Positions 10,146 through 19,406 of a DNA stretch of 64,000 nt are shown here, piece by piece. The notes beneath the pieces are model-generated. The model worked only from the letters and a program-made list of their open reading frames with translations. It did no database searches and was not told where the DNA came from. Every line of letters begins with the position of its first letter. Position 1 is the stretch's first letter. This stretch comes from Chloroflexi bacterium UBA6622 (GTDB lineage Bacteria > Chloroflexota > UBA11872). Position numbers and translations under genes: made by a program. The stretch is taken from positions 25,764-89,763 of the forward strand of contig DJHK01000028.1 in NCBI GenBank assembly GCA_002433065.1, in the 5' to 3' direction.

Positions 10146-11267
10146 ATGGCCGAAAAGGAAAGTGGTCTCCGCGGAGTTGTTGCTGGTCGTTCGGCACTTA
10201 GCTCAGTTGATGGTGAAGCTGGCCGTTTGACGTATAGAGGTATTGATATCGCTGCTCTGGCTTCACAGACGATTTTTGAAGAGGTTGCGTATCTTTTGTG
10301 GGAAGACGAGCTTCCGTCTCGAACTCAGCTTGACACGCTCACCCAGCAAATCAATGAAGGTCGAGCATTGCCGGATCCGGTGCTTGATGCCATCGCGGCC
10401 TTGCCGGAGGGGACCATTCCGATGGACGCACTGCGGACGGCCATATCGATGCTCGGCTCGTTCGATCCAGATCAAGGCGATGATTCTTTAGAGGCAAGCC
10501 GCCGCAAGGCGGTTCGTCTTTTGGCGCAGACGCCAAACGTGGTGGCACAGATAGGTCGCTTGCTGAATGGACGCTCACCTATTGAGGCTCCTGAAGGTTC
10601 CATTGCTTCCTCGTTCCTTCAGACATTCTTTGATGAGAGTCCAAGTGCCGAAGCGACTCAAGCTTTGGACGTTTTATTGGTACTGCAAGCCGATCATGAA
10701 TTTAATGCCAGTACGTTTGCTGCTAGGTCGATTGCTTCTACGATGACGGACATGCATTCAGCGATCACTGGCGCGATTGGATCGCTTCGCGGACCATTGC
10801 ATGGTGGGGCAAATCAGGCGGTTATGGAGATGTTGTTAACCGTTGATTCCGTCGATCAAGCCGAGGCTTGGGTTCTCGAAAGGCTGGCTAGGCGGGAACT
10901 GATAATGGGATTCGGACATGCTGTCTATAAGACGGCTGATCCTCGAGCTACGGTGCTTCGCGAAATGGCACGGGAGCTTGCTAATTCCTCCGGGCACCCT
11001 GAATGGTTCGATGTTTCGCAGGTTATGGAGTCGGTCATGCTCCGGGAGAAGAAGTTGCATTCGAACGTCGACTTCTATGCTGCGACTGTTTATGCGTCAT
11101 TAGGGATTCCGCCAGAATTGTTCACGCCGATCTTTACGTCGAGCCGTATGAGTGGTTGGACCGCTCATGTATTGGAGCAGCAGGCGAACAATCGAATTAT
11201 TCGCCCTCGGGCGGAGTATGTGGGCCACACTGATCGCAGGTTGGTTCCGATGGACGAGCGTGGTTAA
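10146..11267 (+). CDS. gltA: citrate synthase (short, ~370-aa type)
   Basis: Motifs LLVLQADHEFNASTF, GPLHGGANQ, GFGHAVYKTADPRA, NVDFYA. I chose the ATG at 10146, 6 nt after GAGAGG, over the track's TTG at 10143. Confidence 0.92.
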   Translation: MAEKESGLRGVVAGRSALSSVDGEAGRLTYRGIDIAALASQTIFEEVAYLLWEDELPSRTQLDTLTQQINEGRALPDPVLDAIAALPEGTIPMDALRTAISMLGSFDPDQGDDSLEASRRKAVRLLAQTPNVVAQIGRLLNGRSPIEAPEGSIASSFLQTFFDESPSAEATQALDVLLVLQADHEFNASTFAARSIASTMTDMHSAITGAIGSLRGPLHGGANQAVMEMLLTVDSVDQAEAWVLERLARRELIMGFGHAVYKTADPRATVLREMARELANSSGHPEWFDVSQVMESVMLREKKLHSNVDFYAATVYASLGIPPELFTPIFTSSRMSGWTAHVLEQQANNRIIRPRAEYVGHTDRRLVPMDERG

Positions 11268-11270
11268 CGG

Positions 11271-12350
11271 TCAACCCTCGGGTAGTTGAACTTCTAGGCG
11301 TTCGGTCATCGACTTGTAAATCGCATCGACGATCTTGGTGATGAGCACACCGTGTGCTGCTGGCACAGTTGGTTCGGTGTTGTGTCTAACTGCCTTCACA
11401 AAGTCAGCGATCGATAACTCATGCGATGGGCGCTGGTGATCAGGCGCTTCAAATGTCTCGGTGCTATGACGGTCATTCCTGTCGTGGAAGAGGCGAAGGG
11501 GGTTGAGGGCCAGGCCGCTGTCCGCAGCAGATATTTCGAGCTGTTGGATGCTCGGGTTTTCCATTCGGAGGATCCATGAGCATTCGAGCAGTAAGATCAT
11601 CTCGTCGCTGAATCGAATGGCAGCGAAGGCGTAATCATCGACGTCATATGTCTCGGTGTTCCAGGCTCCCCAGCGGTTGGTTACCTCGCCCCGCTGACCA
11701 AGCGCTTGGCCTGTAGCTCCCCAGACGCTTGTCGGTGTAGGGTGACCGAGTACATACAGTGCTCGGTCTAACGCGTGCACTCCGATATCGATCAGTGCTC
11801 CGCCTCCATTTGCGGTCTTGGAAGTAAAAGTCCCCCATGTCGGTACACCAGCACGACGTAAATATGACGCCCTAGCGAAATGTGGTGCTCCGAGTACGCC
11901 AGTGGTGACAAGGCGTCGGGCTTCTTGCGTATCCCACTCAAATCGCGTCTGAAAATCAATTGCCAGAATACGGTTGGCCTTCAACGCTGCTTGTTCCATT
12001 GCGATGGCTTCTGCTGAATTCATTGCCATTGGTTTTTCGCAAAATACATGCTTTCCTGATTCAAGGGCCGCGATAGTGGTCTCGGCGTGTGCCACGGGCG
12101 GCGTAGCAATGGAAACAGCATCGATGTCCTCTCGATTAAGCATTTCTCTGAAATCGGTAAAGGCGAGTTCAATGCTGGCCTCGTTCGCGAGTTCAGCTGC
12201 TCGGCCTTCCACCGGATCAGCTACAGCGACAACTTGAACATCCGAATTTGCCAAAAACCCTGGTAAATGGGCGCCGCGAGCGATGCTGCCGGCACCTATG
12301 AGGCCAACCCGGGTTCGGGAGGGATTGTTGATGTTGAAATGTTCAGACAT
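11271..12350 (-). CDS. Gfo/Idh/MocA-family oxidoreductase
   Basis: 359 aa. N-terminal Rossmann motif VGLIGAGSIARGAHLPG and the EKPMA motif (FCEKPMAMN) typical of this family. Confidence 0.85.
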   Translation of the reverse strand: MSEHFNINNPSRTRVGLIGAGSIARGAHLPGFLANSDVQVVAVADPVEGRAAELANEASIELAFTDFREMLNREDIDAVSIATPPVAHAETTIAALESGKHVFCEKPMAMNSAEAIAMEQAALKANRILAIDFQTRFEWDTQEARRLVTTGVLGAPHFARASYLRRAGVPTWGTFTSKTANGGGALIDIGVHALDRALYVLGHPTPTSVWGATGQALGQRGEVTNRWGAWNTETYDVDDYAFAAIRFSDEMILLLECSWILRMENPSIQQLEISAADSGLALNPLRLFHDRNDRHSTETFEAPDHQRPSHELSIADFVKAVRHNTEPTVPAAHGVLITKIVDAIYKSMTERLEVQLPEG

Positions 12351-12501
12351 GAGTAACTCGTGTAGGCCAGGCGACGGACGCTAGCACATGTTCATTTTTT
12401 GGTCTGCGTCACGATGTTTGGCAGGGGACCGAACACCAGTGTGGCGAGACTGGTGCTAAACTCGGCTTCCGCGGCTTTTGCGGAATTAGACTTAACTACT
12501 G

Positions 12502-12636
12502 ATGAAACGTACATATCAACCCAAGGTTCGGAGACGAAAGCGTAAGCATGGTTTTCGTTCGCGCATGGCGACTCGAAATGGCCGGGCAATCCTTCGGCGT
12601 CGGCGTCATAAGGGCCGCAAACGCCTAGCTGTCTGA
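12502..12636 (+). CDS. rpmH: 50S ribosomal protein L34
   Basis: Missing from the ORF track because it is 44 aa. Direct translation gives [44 protein letters not shown], the canonical L34 sequence. It is followed by rnpA, as in most bacteria. Confidence 0.95.
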   Translation: MKRTYQPKVRRRKRKHGFRSRMATRNGRAILRRRRHKGRKRLAV

Positions 12637-12677
12637 ATCGAAATACCATGCGGCCTAGCGCCGGTGTCTGAGGATTT

Positions 12678-13019
12678 ATGACTCGTCCAACTCGTTTGCG
12701 CCGTTACGCGGATATCTTGCGCGTACGACGACGTGGGTCGCGGATTGAAACCGCCCACGTGGTCATGCTCGTGGTGCCAGGTGGAGGAGGGGTATCACGG
12801 AGTGTTGTTAGTGTTGCCCGACGATTTGGTTCAGCGGTAAAACGGAATCGACTGCGACGGCAGTTAACAGAATTACTCCGAATTGAACTTCCATATCTCC
12901 AACGTTCAGTGGATATAGTGGTGTTCCCACGGTTATCGGCGGTCGATGCGTCATTTCCGCAACTCCGTGGCTCTATCAAGGACGCCTTTCGCCAGATGGA
13001 TGTTGGGACACGCGTGTGA
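12678..13019 (+). CDS. rnpA: ribonuclease P protein component
   Basis: 113 aa, basic. Contains the RNR motif region (AVKRNRLRRQLTELLR). Sits between rpmH and yidD. Confidence 0.85.
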   Translation: MTRPTRLRRYADILRVRRRGSRIETAHVVMLVVPGGGGVSRSVVSVARRFGSAVKRNRLRRQLTELLRIELPYLQRSVDIVVFPRLSAVDASFPQLRGSIKDAFRQMDVGTRV

Positions 13020-13225
13020 AGGTGCTTACGCTTTTTGTTATTCGAATGTATCAAAAATGGGTTTCCCCACTCACGGGGTCAAACTGCCGATTCCATCCCA
13101 CATGTTCGAGTTATGCATATGGGGCGATTGATCGCTACGGCTTCGCACGGGGTGTGGCTTTGACGATGCGGCGTATTGTCCGGTGTCACCCGTGGCACGC
13201 TGGAGGTTTCGACCCCGTCCCATAG
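13016..13225 (+). CDS. yidD: membrane protein insertion efficiency factor YidD
   Basis: 69 aa. YQKWVSPL...CRFHPTCSSYAYGAI..YG...G..L...RI.RCHPW..GG.DPVP is the YidD signature. GTGA overlap with rnpA. Confidence 0.92.
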   Translation: MKVLTLFVIRMYQKWVSPLTGSNCRFHPTCSSYAYGAIDRYGFARGVALTMRRIVRCHPWHAGGFDPVP

Positions 13226-13228
13226 GGG

Positions 13229-14863
13229 TTGGTTGTTCCTATGGACGGGATTTTCAATTCGTGGCAGACATTAGCCGTTGATCCTTTAAGCGGTGTGCTT
13301 ACCGGCATCCACAGTGTGGTCGGAAGTTACGCAATAGCAATCGTTTTGTTCACGGTAGGGATTCGATTGCTGATGGTCCCCTTAACGATCAAACAGATTC
13401 GTTCGCAGCGAAAGATGCAGCTTATTCAACCTGAGCTGGAAGCGATGCGTCGGAAATTCAAGGGTGATCGCCAGGCTACCTCTGAGGCGACCATGAAGTT
13501 GTATAAGGAGCGTGGTGTTAATCCGGTGGCCGGCTGTTTACCGGCGTTGGTCCAACTTCCGATCCTTCTGGCTCTCTACGGTGGCATTCTTACGCTCAGC
13601 AGTCGGGGTCTCCTGAACGAGCAATTTCTCTGGTTTAATTTGGCCCGGGAGGATTCAACGATCCATCTTGTTGGTGAGGCAGCACCGACGGAACCCGTCG
13701 ATGTGGTAATAGCCACCACAGGTTTACCGTCCCCACTTCATGCGTCGCTTGCAGTGTCCTTCACCCAGTCTGCGCCGAACTTCAGGTTTCGTACGGAGGT
13801 TACTGACACGGGTACTGCGATAGACGCGCTCAACAAGGGAGCTGCAACAGCCATTGTGCTCGATGAACAGGTTGAAGCTTCGAAGTTGCCCAACGGTACA
13901 ACGACGTCCCGACTTATTCAGGCGGCTGCCTTCTTGGTGGAGCGTGATCGGCTGGTAACCCGGCTGTCGGAGTCGCAGGTTGTGGGCATTCTCAGAGGTG
14001 AGATTACGAACTGGGCCCAGGTGAGTGATGCGAATGGCCCTATTGTCTTGCACGGATTACGAGACGATTTTGGATCACGTGCGTTAGTGCAACGCTTGTT
14101 GCTCGATGAAGGTGAAGCTATTGGTGTGCCAATCCGCGAGCATGAAAGCCGCGATGATTATCTCAATGCCATACGTGAGGATCCGAATGCTCTTGGGTTA
14201 TCGATGCCCATGCGTACCGATGAGGTTCGTATGGTTAACATCGAAGCCCGCGGAGCGACACGGGCATTTCCTCCTATCGTCGACGTCTTGAGTGATGGGC
14301 AATATCCGTTAGCTCGAGACATCTATGTGTATTGGGGAGATGCCAATGGTGAGGCTAAGACATATGTGCGTGATTGGTGGCTGAGCGGACAAGGACAGGA
14401 GGCATCGCAGGCTGCCGGATTTACACGAGTGCCCCCGAGGTATGATTTCTTTGGCTCTGGGGGTTTCTATATTTCGGTTTTGGCGCTACTTGCTGGCGGG
14501 TTCCAATTTATTCAAGCCCGGATGATGCAGTCGGTGGGGGCTACCGGCCAAGCGGCCACGATGAATCGTGTGATGCAATTCATGCCATTAATTGTGGTTG
14601 TCTTTGCTTGGACATTCCAAGCAGGTCTTGTGCTTTACTGGGTAATCTCAAGCATTATCGCGATCATTCAGCAATACTTTACGACGGGGACCGGGAAGCT
14701 TTTCCCAGCTCACTGGTCTTTGGCGCGCGATGTGATGGGGGAGCATAACGCTAAGGTAGCTCAGGCTGCTTCAGCGGATCCGGAAACAAAAACCTCGTCG
14801 GCGGACGAAGAAACTCGTCCTCGGCGACCACGGCGGCGAAGACGGAGGAGACGCGGTGGGTAA
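13229..14863 (+). CDS. yidC: YidC/Oxa1 membrane insertase with an inserted PstS-like binding-protein domain
   Basis: 544 aa. The YidC core is present: TM1 with the conserved Arg (FTVGIRLLMVPL), C1 hairpin, TM2 (GCLPALVQLPILLALY), FLWFNLA motif, TM3-5, and a poly-Arg tail. Residues ~143-408 are a soluble insert with PBP_like_2 motifs (see findings). The start is TTG at 13229 or ATG at 13241. Confidence 0.9.
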   Translation: MVVPMDGIFNSWQTLAVDPLSGVLTGIHSVVGSYAIAIVLFTVGIRLLMVPLTIKQIRSQRKMQLIQPELEAMRRKFKGDRQATSEATMKLYKERGVNPVAGCLPALVQLPILLALYGGILTLSSRGLLNEQFLWFNLAREDSTIHLVGEAAPTEPVDVVIATTGLPSPLHASLAVSFTQSAPNFRFRTEVTDTGTAIDALNKGAATAIVLDEQVEASKLPNGTTTSRLIQAAAFLVERDRLVTRLSESQVVGILRGEITNWAQVSDANGPIVLHGLRDDFGSRALVQRLLLDEGEAIGVPIREHESRDDYLNAIREDPNALGLSMPMRTDEVRMVNIEARGATRAFPPIVDVLSDGQYPLARDIYVYWGDANGEAKTYVRDWWLSGQGQEASQAAGFTRVPPRYDFFGSGGFYISVLALLAGGFQFIQARMMQSVGATGQAATMNRVMQFMPLIVVVFAWTFQAGLVLYWVISSIIAIIQQYFTTGTGKLFPAHWSLARDVMGEHNAKVAQAASADPETKTSSADEETRPRRPRRRRRRRRGG

Positions 14864-15731
14864 TGAGAATGAACTGCCTGATGAGGTAGTCATATCGGGA
14901 AGTTCTGTTGAGGAGGCTGTTAAGCGTGCGTTGCTACAACTGAATGTAAACCTGGATGACGTCGATGTTGAGGTGATAGCTACAGGATCGCGAGGTGTGC
15001 TTGGTTTGGGTGGTGAAGATGCGCGCGTACGTGTTCGGTTACGAGATCGTCCCTATTCGGAGGGGTCAGATGTTGGCACGGACGACGAGGAGGATGTTGC
15101 GGGTGCATCGTCGACCCAATCACAGGGTCCTGATAAGAGTAGTGCTTTAACGATAGAGAGTTCTGATGGTGTCGAGGAGCTGGAACCAGAGGTTGAGCCA
15201 ACAGCGGCCGAAGGCCGTGAGGTAGTTGCTGCTTCGTCAGGTTCTGACACGAACCATCGTAAAGATCCTATTGATTCAGGTGAAGATTTGGAACGAGAAG
15301 CCGAAGATCTTTTGGATGGCTTACTTGAACGCATGGGATACATGGCGGATTTTGAAATTGTTTCCGAGGATCCTCTCGCTTACAACATTGTGGGGGATGA
15401 GGATTTTGGACGGCTAATTGGCCGCCGTGGTGAAAACCTTCGATCTCTGGGATATCTCTTGAATCTGATGGTTGGACGCCGTCTTGGTCATCCGTGTCGG
15501 GTTACGCTGGATGTTGCTGGATATCGTCAACGTCGGGTTGAACACCTTACAGAGCTTGCTGAAACTTTTGCCGAAGAGGTTCGTGAGAACAAGGAACCCA
15601 TAACGCTGGAAACAATGTCGGCTTACGAACGTCGGGTGGTTCATGTCGCGTTAGCTGATGATGAAGAAGTACGGACATACAGCATTGGTGAGGGCGAGGA
15701 GCGCCGCGTCGTCATTAGCCCCAAAGCCTAG
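14856..15731 (+). CDS. jag: Jag/KhpB RNA-binding protein (Jag_N, KH, R3H)
   Basis: 291 aa. Jag_N (SGSSVEEAVKRALLQLNV), a long acidic linker, a KH-like region (IGRRGENLRSLGYLLN), and R3H (ERRVVHVALADDEEVRTYSIGEGEERRVVI). Conserved position after yidC. Confidence 0.87.
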   Translation: MGNENELPDEVVISGSSVEEAVKRALLQLNVNLDDVDVEVIATGSRGVLGLGGEDARVRVRLRDRPYSEGSDVGTDDEEDVAGASSTQSQGPDKSSALTIESSDGVEELEPEVEPTAAEGREVVAASSGSDTNHRKDPIDSGEDLEREAEDLLDGLLERMGYMADFEIVSEDPLAYNIVGDEDFGRLIGRRGENLRSLGYLLNLMVGRRLGHPCRVTLDVAGYRQRRVEHLTELAETFAEEVRENKEPITLETMSAYERRVVHVALADDEEVRTYSIGEGEERRVVISPKA

Positions 15732-16584
15732 TGGTATCGATTTACGTTCGGCTGGTCATAAGCGACCGCTGTATCTTTGCGCAGGTCATGTAACGCGAGA
15801 CCTTGAGGGATCAGGCTGGTCATTTGGTGGGCCTGTGTATTTTAGTAGTCGTACAGCGACGGCTTTGGGTTGTGATGTTGTCGCTATCACACGCTTGGCA
15901 GGCTCTGATTTACCGTTGTTGAAGCAGAAAACACCAGGCATCGAGTGGTTGTCGAAGCCTGCGGGGGTAACAACGACGTTCGAAAACATATATGGATCAG
16001 CTGGACGCACCCAGCGGGTTCATGCTCAGGCCCCTCGACTTGCTGTACGTGATGCTGGGGCAGTGCCTTTACATCCCCGTATTGTTCATATCGCTCCCGT
16101 GCTTCGGGAAATCGGAGCTGCGTTCTTGGGGAAACTGGCTGCGAATCGATTTGTTGGGCTGACAGCTCAAGGTCTTCTACGAAGTGTGAATTGTGACGGA
16201 GTCGTGAGTGTGGCGGTGGATCGATCCGCGCCGGTAGCATTTCAAATTGCTGATGTCAGCATCGTAAGTGTCGAGGATTTCGACGGTGATGTTGCACAAG
16301 CACGCGACCTGCTGGCTCGCTCAAGGGTTGGGGTACTTACTGATGGGCATCGCGTAATTCATGCGCAAGAAGAGGGCCGTTGGTTTGAGCTTCCAGTTGT
16401 TCCTCAGCCGATCCGAAATCCGACCGGAACTGGTGACGTTTTTGCCACAGCTTTATTTGTTCGATATGAGGCAACGGGAAATTTGGAACGATCTCTTGAG
16501 TTTGCAGCGACGATTGCTGCTGATTGGATAAGCGCAAAAGACGCGGGACTTTTTGTGACGTCGTCGCATGTAAAAGGACAATAA
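15658..16584 (+). CDS. PfkB/ribokinase-family carbohydrate kinase
   Basis: The C-terminal anion-hole/catalytic motif NPTGTGDVFATALF fits PfkB. The only in-frame ATG lies 74 nt inside jag. The homologous core starts near PLYLCAGHV (~15766), so the true start is uncertain. Confidence 0.7.
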   Translation: MMKKYGHTALVRARSAASSLAPKPSGIDLRSAGHKRPLYLCAGHVTRDLEGSGWSFGGPVYFSSRTATALGCDVVAITRLAGSDLPLLKQKTPGIEWLSKPAGVTTTFENIYGSAGRTQRVHAQAPRLAVRDAGAVPLHPRIVHIAPVLREIGAAFLGKLAANRFVGLTAQGLLRSVNCDGVVSVAVDRSAPVAFQIADVSIVSVEDFDGDVAQARDLLARSRVGVLTDGHRVIHAQEEGRWFELPVVPQPIRNPTGTGDVFATALFVRYEATGNLERSLEFAATIAADWISAKDAGLFVTSSHVKGQ

Positions 16585-16627
16585 GAGCACCTTAATGTTG
16601 CATGGATTGGTATTGGATACGAGCGAA

Positions 16628-17464
16628 TTACTTTGTGGATACCGTGCGAGGTTTTCGTTGACAGTTTGAGCAGTAGTGGGTGCTTCGTTGAGCCAAGACG
16701 ATACGCCGGATGTTTTTTCCGCAACTCGGACACGGTTGTCCAGTTTTTCGAAAAACCTTGAGATGTCCCTGGTTGTTACCAGGGCTTCCTTCACTTGTTT
16801 CGAACGTGCTAAAGGTTGTTCCCTGATGGGCAATACCCGACTCAAGAACGGTCACGATAGAGGCGGTGAGTGCTCGAAGCTTTGGCGGGGACAGTAGATT
16901 TACAGGGGTTTCCGGATGGATGCGGGCAGCAAACAATGCTTCGTCAGCGTAGATGTTGCCGATCCCAGCTACGGTCCGTTGGTCAAGTAGCGCAGTTTTA
17001 ATTGCGACGTGGCGACCGCGTAATCTAATGGCTAGGCTACGCCAGTCAAATCCGGCATCCAACGGTTCTGGTCCTAGGTGGCCAACAACCTCATGGCTAT
17101 GGGCTTCCTCGGTTATCCATGCTCTGCCAAAGCGGCGAACATCGACGAAGTGAAGGGCTTGATCGTCATCAAGCGTAAGGAGGAGGCGAGTGTGTGGCCG
17201 AATATCGGTTCGCGCTCGCAAGTGCAAACGTCCACTCATCATCAGGTGGAGTATCAGGACATCCGACTCGACATTGATCATCAGGTATTTGCCCCGTCGT
17301 GCAACGTTGGTGATGAGGGCGCCCATAAGACGTGTCTCAAATGCTTTGGGTTGAGATGCTTGTACAAGTCGAGGATCAAGAACCGTTACATTGTTGAGGC
17401 GTCGTCTGAGAATCTGAGAATGTAGTTCTCGGCGGATCGTTTCAACTTCTGGCAACTCAGGCAT
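16628..17464 (-). CDS. mutM: formamidopyrimidine-DNA glycosylase (Fpg/Nei family)
   Basis: I set the start at the internal ATG that gives the obligatory N-terminus MPELPEVE (catalytic Pro2, Glu3). H2TH region present. C-terminal zinc finger CPSCGKNIRRIVLAQRSTHYCSNCQ. Confidence 0.9.
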   Translation of the reverse strand: MPELPEVETIRRELHSQILRRRLNNVTVLDPRLVQASQPKAFETRLMGALITNVARRGKYLMINVESDVLILHLMMSGRLHLRARTDIRPHTRLLLTLDDDQALHFVDVRRFGRAWITEEAHSHEVVGHLGPEPLDAGFDWRSLAIRLRGRHVAIKTALLDQRTVAGIGNIYADEALFAARIHPETPVNLLSPPKLRALTASIVTVLESGIAHQGTTFSTFETSEGSPGNNQGHLKVFRKTGQPCPSCGKNIRRIVLAQRSTHYCSNCQRKPRTVSTK

Positions 17465-17585
17465 TATCGCGAGACCATTGGTCCACATGTAGGAGATGCC
17501 ACATAGCATGCGATCCGCTGGCAACTCGTCAAGTTGTGACAATGAAGGTAGACCGTCTGTGACTGATAATCAGGTTTTGCCGGTG

Positions 17586-18128
17586 ATGAATCGTCGCCTG
17601 TTAATTGCACAACTTGCCGTCCTGGTCGTGGTTACCGGATTGAGCGTTGCCGCAATTCCATTTGCGTCGGAAATCCGTGCAAATGCCGGTCCGGCTTATC
17701 TGGCGATGTTTTTCCTGTCCATCCAGTCGGGTGCTCTTTTTATGCTTCCTGGATTCGGTTGGGCAGCTATCGCTGCTTTTGCGGTGGTTTTCGACAACAT
17801 TTGGGGACCCGTTCTGGTGGGAACAACCGGTCAGGTGATAGGTGAAATGGTTTCATATCTCTTGGGCGCTACAGGGTCGCCGTGGATTCAGCGACGGCGG
17901 TTATATCAACGTGTGGAGATGTGGATTCGCAGATGGGGGTTATTGGCCATCTTTGTAATTGCCGCTGTGCCAAATCCTGCTTTTGATCTGGCTGGGGCGG
18001 TAGCTGGCGCAGCTCGTTTAGGGTGGTGGAAATTCTTTGTTGCGTCTTGGGGAGGTCGACTTATCAAGAACATTGGGTTTGCCACCTTGGGTCTTCAAGG
18101 CTCTGGCATCGTGGAGCAGTTCATTTAG
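17586..18128 (+). CDS. DedA/VTT-domain (YqaA-like) membrane protein
   Basis: Polytopic membrane protein with VPNPAFDLAGAVAGAARLGWWKFF, typical of SNARE-associated/DedA proteins. The ATG at 17586 avoids overlap with divergent mutM. The track ORF starts at 17496. Confidence 0.7.
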   Translation: MNRRLLIAQLAVLVVVTGLSVAAIPFASEIRANAGPAYLAMFFLSIQSGALFMLPGFGWAAIAAFAVVFDNIWGPVLVGTTGQVIGEMVSYLLGATGSPWIQRRRLYQRVEMWIRRWGLLAIFVIAAVPNPAFDLAGAVAGAARLGWWKFFVASWGGRLIKNIGFATLGLQGSGIVEQFI

Positions 18129-18168
18129 GCGGTCAGCCATGTGTTCTCCGGCGATAGAATGAATTCTG

Positions 18169-18501
18169 ATGGAAAAGTACTTCCAGCAAATAGTTGCGCA
18201 CACCGAACGTGGTGAACGTGTCGCCAGTGCTGTTGTGGTTTCGAGTCGGGGTTCGACTCCGCAGGATGTTGGGGCCCGAATGCTGTTTTTTGCCGATGGC
18301 ACCACGTGGGGCACGGTAGGTGGTGGGTGTGTGGAGGCGGATGTCCGTGCTGAGGCCCGCCGAGTTTTGGCAGATGGCAAAGGCCGAGCCATATCGGTTG
18401 AGCTCGTTGATGACGTTCGAGGCGAGGGTGATGTCTGTGGCGGAACATTGGAAGTCTTGCTGGAGTCGTGGGATGGCGGTGGAACCAGGGCTGTCGGATG
18501 A
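18169..18501 (+). CDS. stand-alone XdhC/CoxI N-terminal domain protein
   Basis: 110 aa. ASAVVVSSRGSTPQDVGARMLFFADGTTWGTVGGGCVEADV matches the XdhC_CoxI domain. ATGA overlap with the next gene. Confidence 0.75.
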   Translation: MEKYFQQIVAHTERGERVASAVVVSSRGSTPQDVGARMLFFADGTTWGTVGGGCVEADVRAEARRVLADGKGRAISVELVDDVRGEGDVCGGTLEVLLESWDGGGTRAVG

Positions 18502-19325
18502 ATCCAACTGCTGCGGTGCTCGTGGCGGCGCGAGAGGCGCTCCACACTCGAACCCCTGTCGTGTTGATCCATCTTGTGAGTGCTAGGGGCGTGGATGGTG
18601 AAGAGCCGGGGTTACGTGCCTGGTATACGGACGCTGAGGGTCTAACTGGAAGTGTCCATAATTCTAAGGTCGATGCAGTGGTAGCGCGCGAAGCGGCAAG
18701 CGTCTTGGTGTCTGGTCATCCTCAGATGATCACCTTGGGAACGGACGGAACCGAGGCGACCAGACGAGATTCTGAGTATGTTCGCGTGTTCCTTGATGTG
18801 GTTGTTGCGACGCCACGCTTGTTAATAGTGGGTGCTGGGCATATTGCGCAGCCGTTGGCCAACATCTCGTCCGTTTTAGGGTTTGAGACGGTGGTTGTTG
18901 ATGAGCGAGCCGATTTTGCTAATCGGCATCGGTTTCCAGCGGCCGATGAAGTGTTCGCGTGTCCAATCGAAGCGTTCTTGGAAGATTATGCAATTGATGA
19001 CCGGACGTTTGTGGTCTTGGTGACTCGTGCTCATCGATTTGACGAGGCAGCTCTCCGTCTCTTACTTGGATCGCCAGCGCCTTATATTGGCATGATCGGC
19101 AGCCGGCGACGGGTTCATGTTGTCTACAAGACTTTGTTGGGTGAAGGTTTTCGCACGGACCAATTCGAACGAGTCTTTGCCCCGATTGGTCTTGATATTG
19201 GTGCGAAAACTCCGGCTGAAATTGCCTTAGCGATTTCAGCAGAGCTGATTAATGTGCGTCGGCATGGCCGAGGTTCACATTTATCGATTGGCGATTTTCG
19301 CTTGGGTCAGCACGGAGGCAGCTAG
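18498..19325 (+). CDS. XdhC-family accessory protein (XdhC_CoxI plus Rossmann-like XdhC_C)
   Basis: Start at the ATG at 18498 (MNPTAAV). Rossmann segment LLIVGAGHIAQPLANISSVLGFETVVVDER, then YIGMIGSRRR and PIGLDIGAKTPAEIALAI, which are typical XdhC_C motifs. Confidence 0.82.
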   Translation: MNPTAAVLVAAREALHTRTPVVLIHLVSARGVDGEEPGLRAWYTDAEGLTGSVHNSKVDAVVAREAASVLVSGHPQMITLGTDGTEATRRDSEYVRVFLDVVVATPRLLIVGAGHIAQPLANISSVLGFETVVVDERADFANRHRFPAADEVFACPIEAFLEDYAIDDRTFVVLVTRAHRFDEAALRLLLGSPAPYIGMIGSRRRVHVVYKTLLGEGFRTDQFERVFAPIGLDIGAKTPAEIALAISAELINVRRHGRGSHLSIGDFRLGQHGGS

Positions 19326-19406
19326 TCGAGGGGTTTAAATAGCTCAGTGCTAGGTCGGGGTGTGCAAAGATGAACCGATGTTCGGTCGAAAAATGGAGTT
19401 TTTCGA

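Noticed and set aside
12392-12649. 85-aa minus-strand track ORF
   Set aside because: It lies exactly antisense to the unmistakable rpmH (L34) reading frame at 12502..12636. It has no family resemblance and is a shadow ORF.
18250-18260. GGTTCGACTCC, a tRNA T-loop-like string
   Set aside because: The flanks cannot form a T-stem or acceptor stem, and it lies inside the XdhC_CoxI coding frame. I found no tRNA-like cloverleaf anywhere in the window.
18018-18572. Three overlapping minus-strand ORFs (124-184 aa)
   Set aside because: They are antisense to the DedA 3' end and the XdhC genes. They are Pro/Ser/Thr/His-rich with no motif, whereas the plus-strand frames carry clear XdhC signatures.
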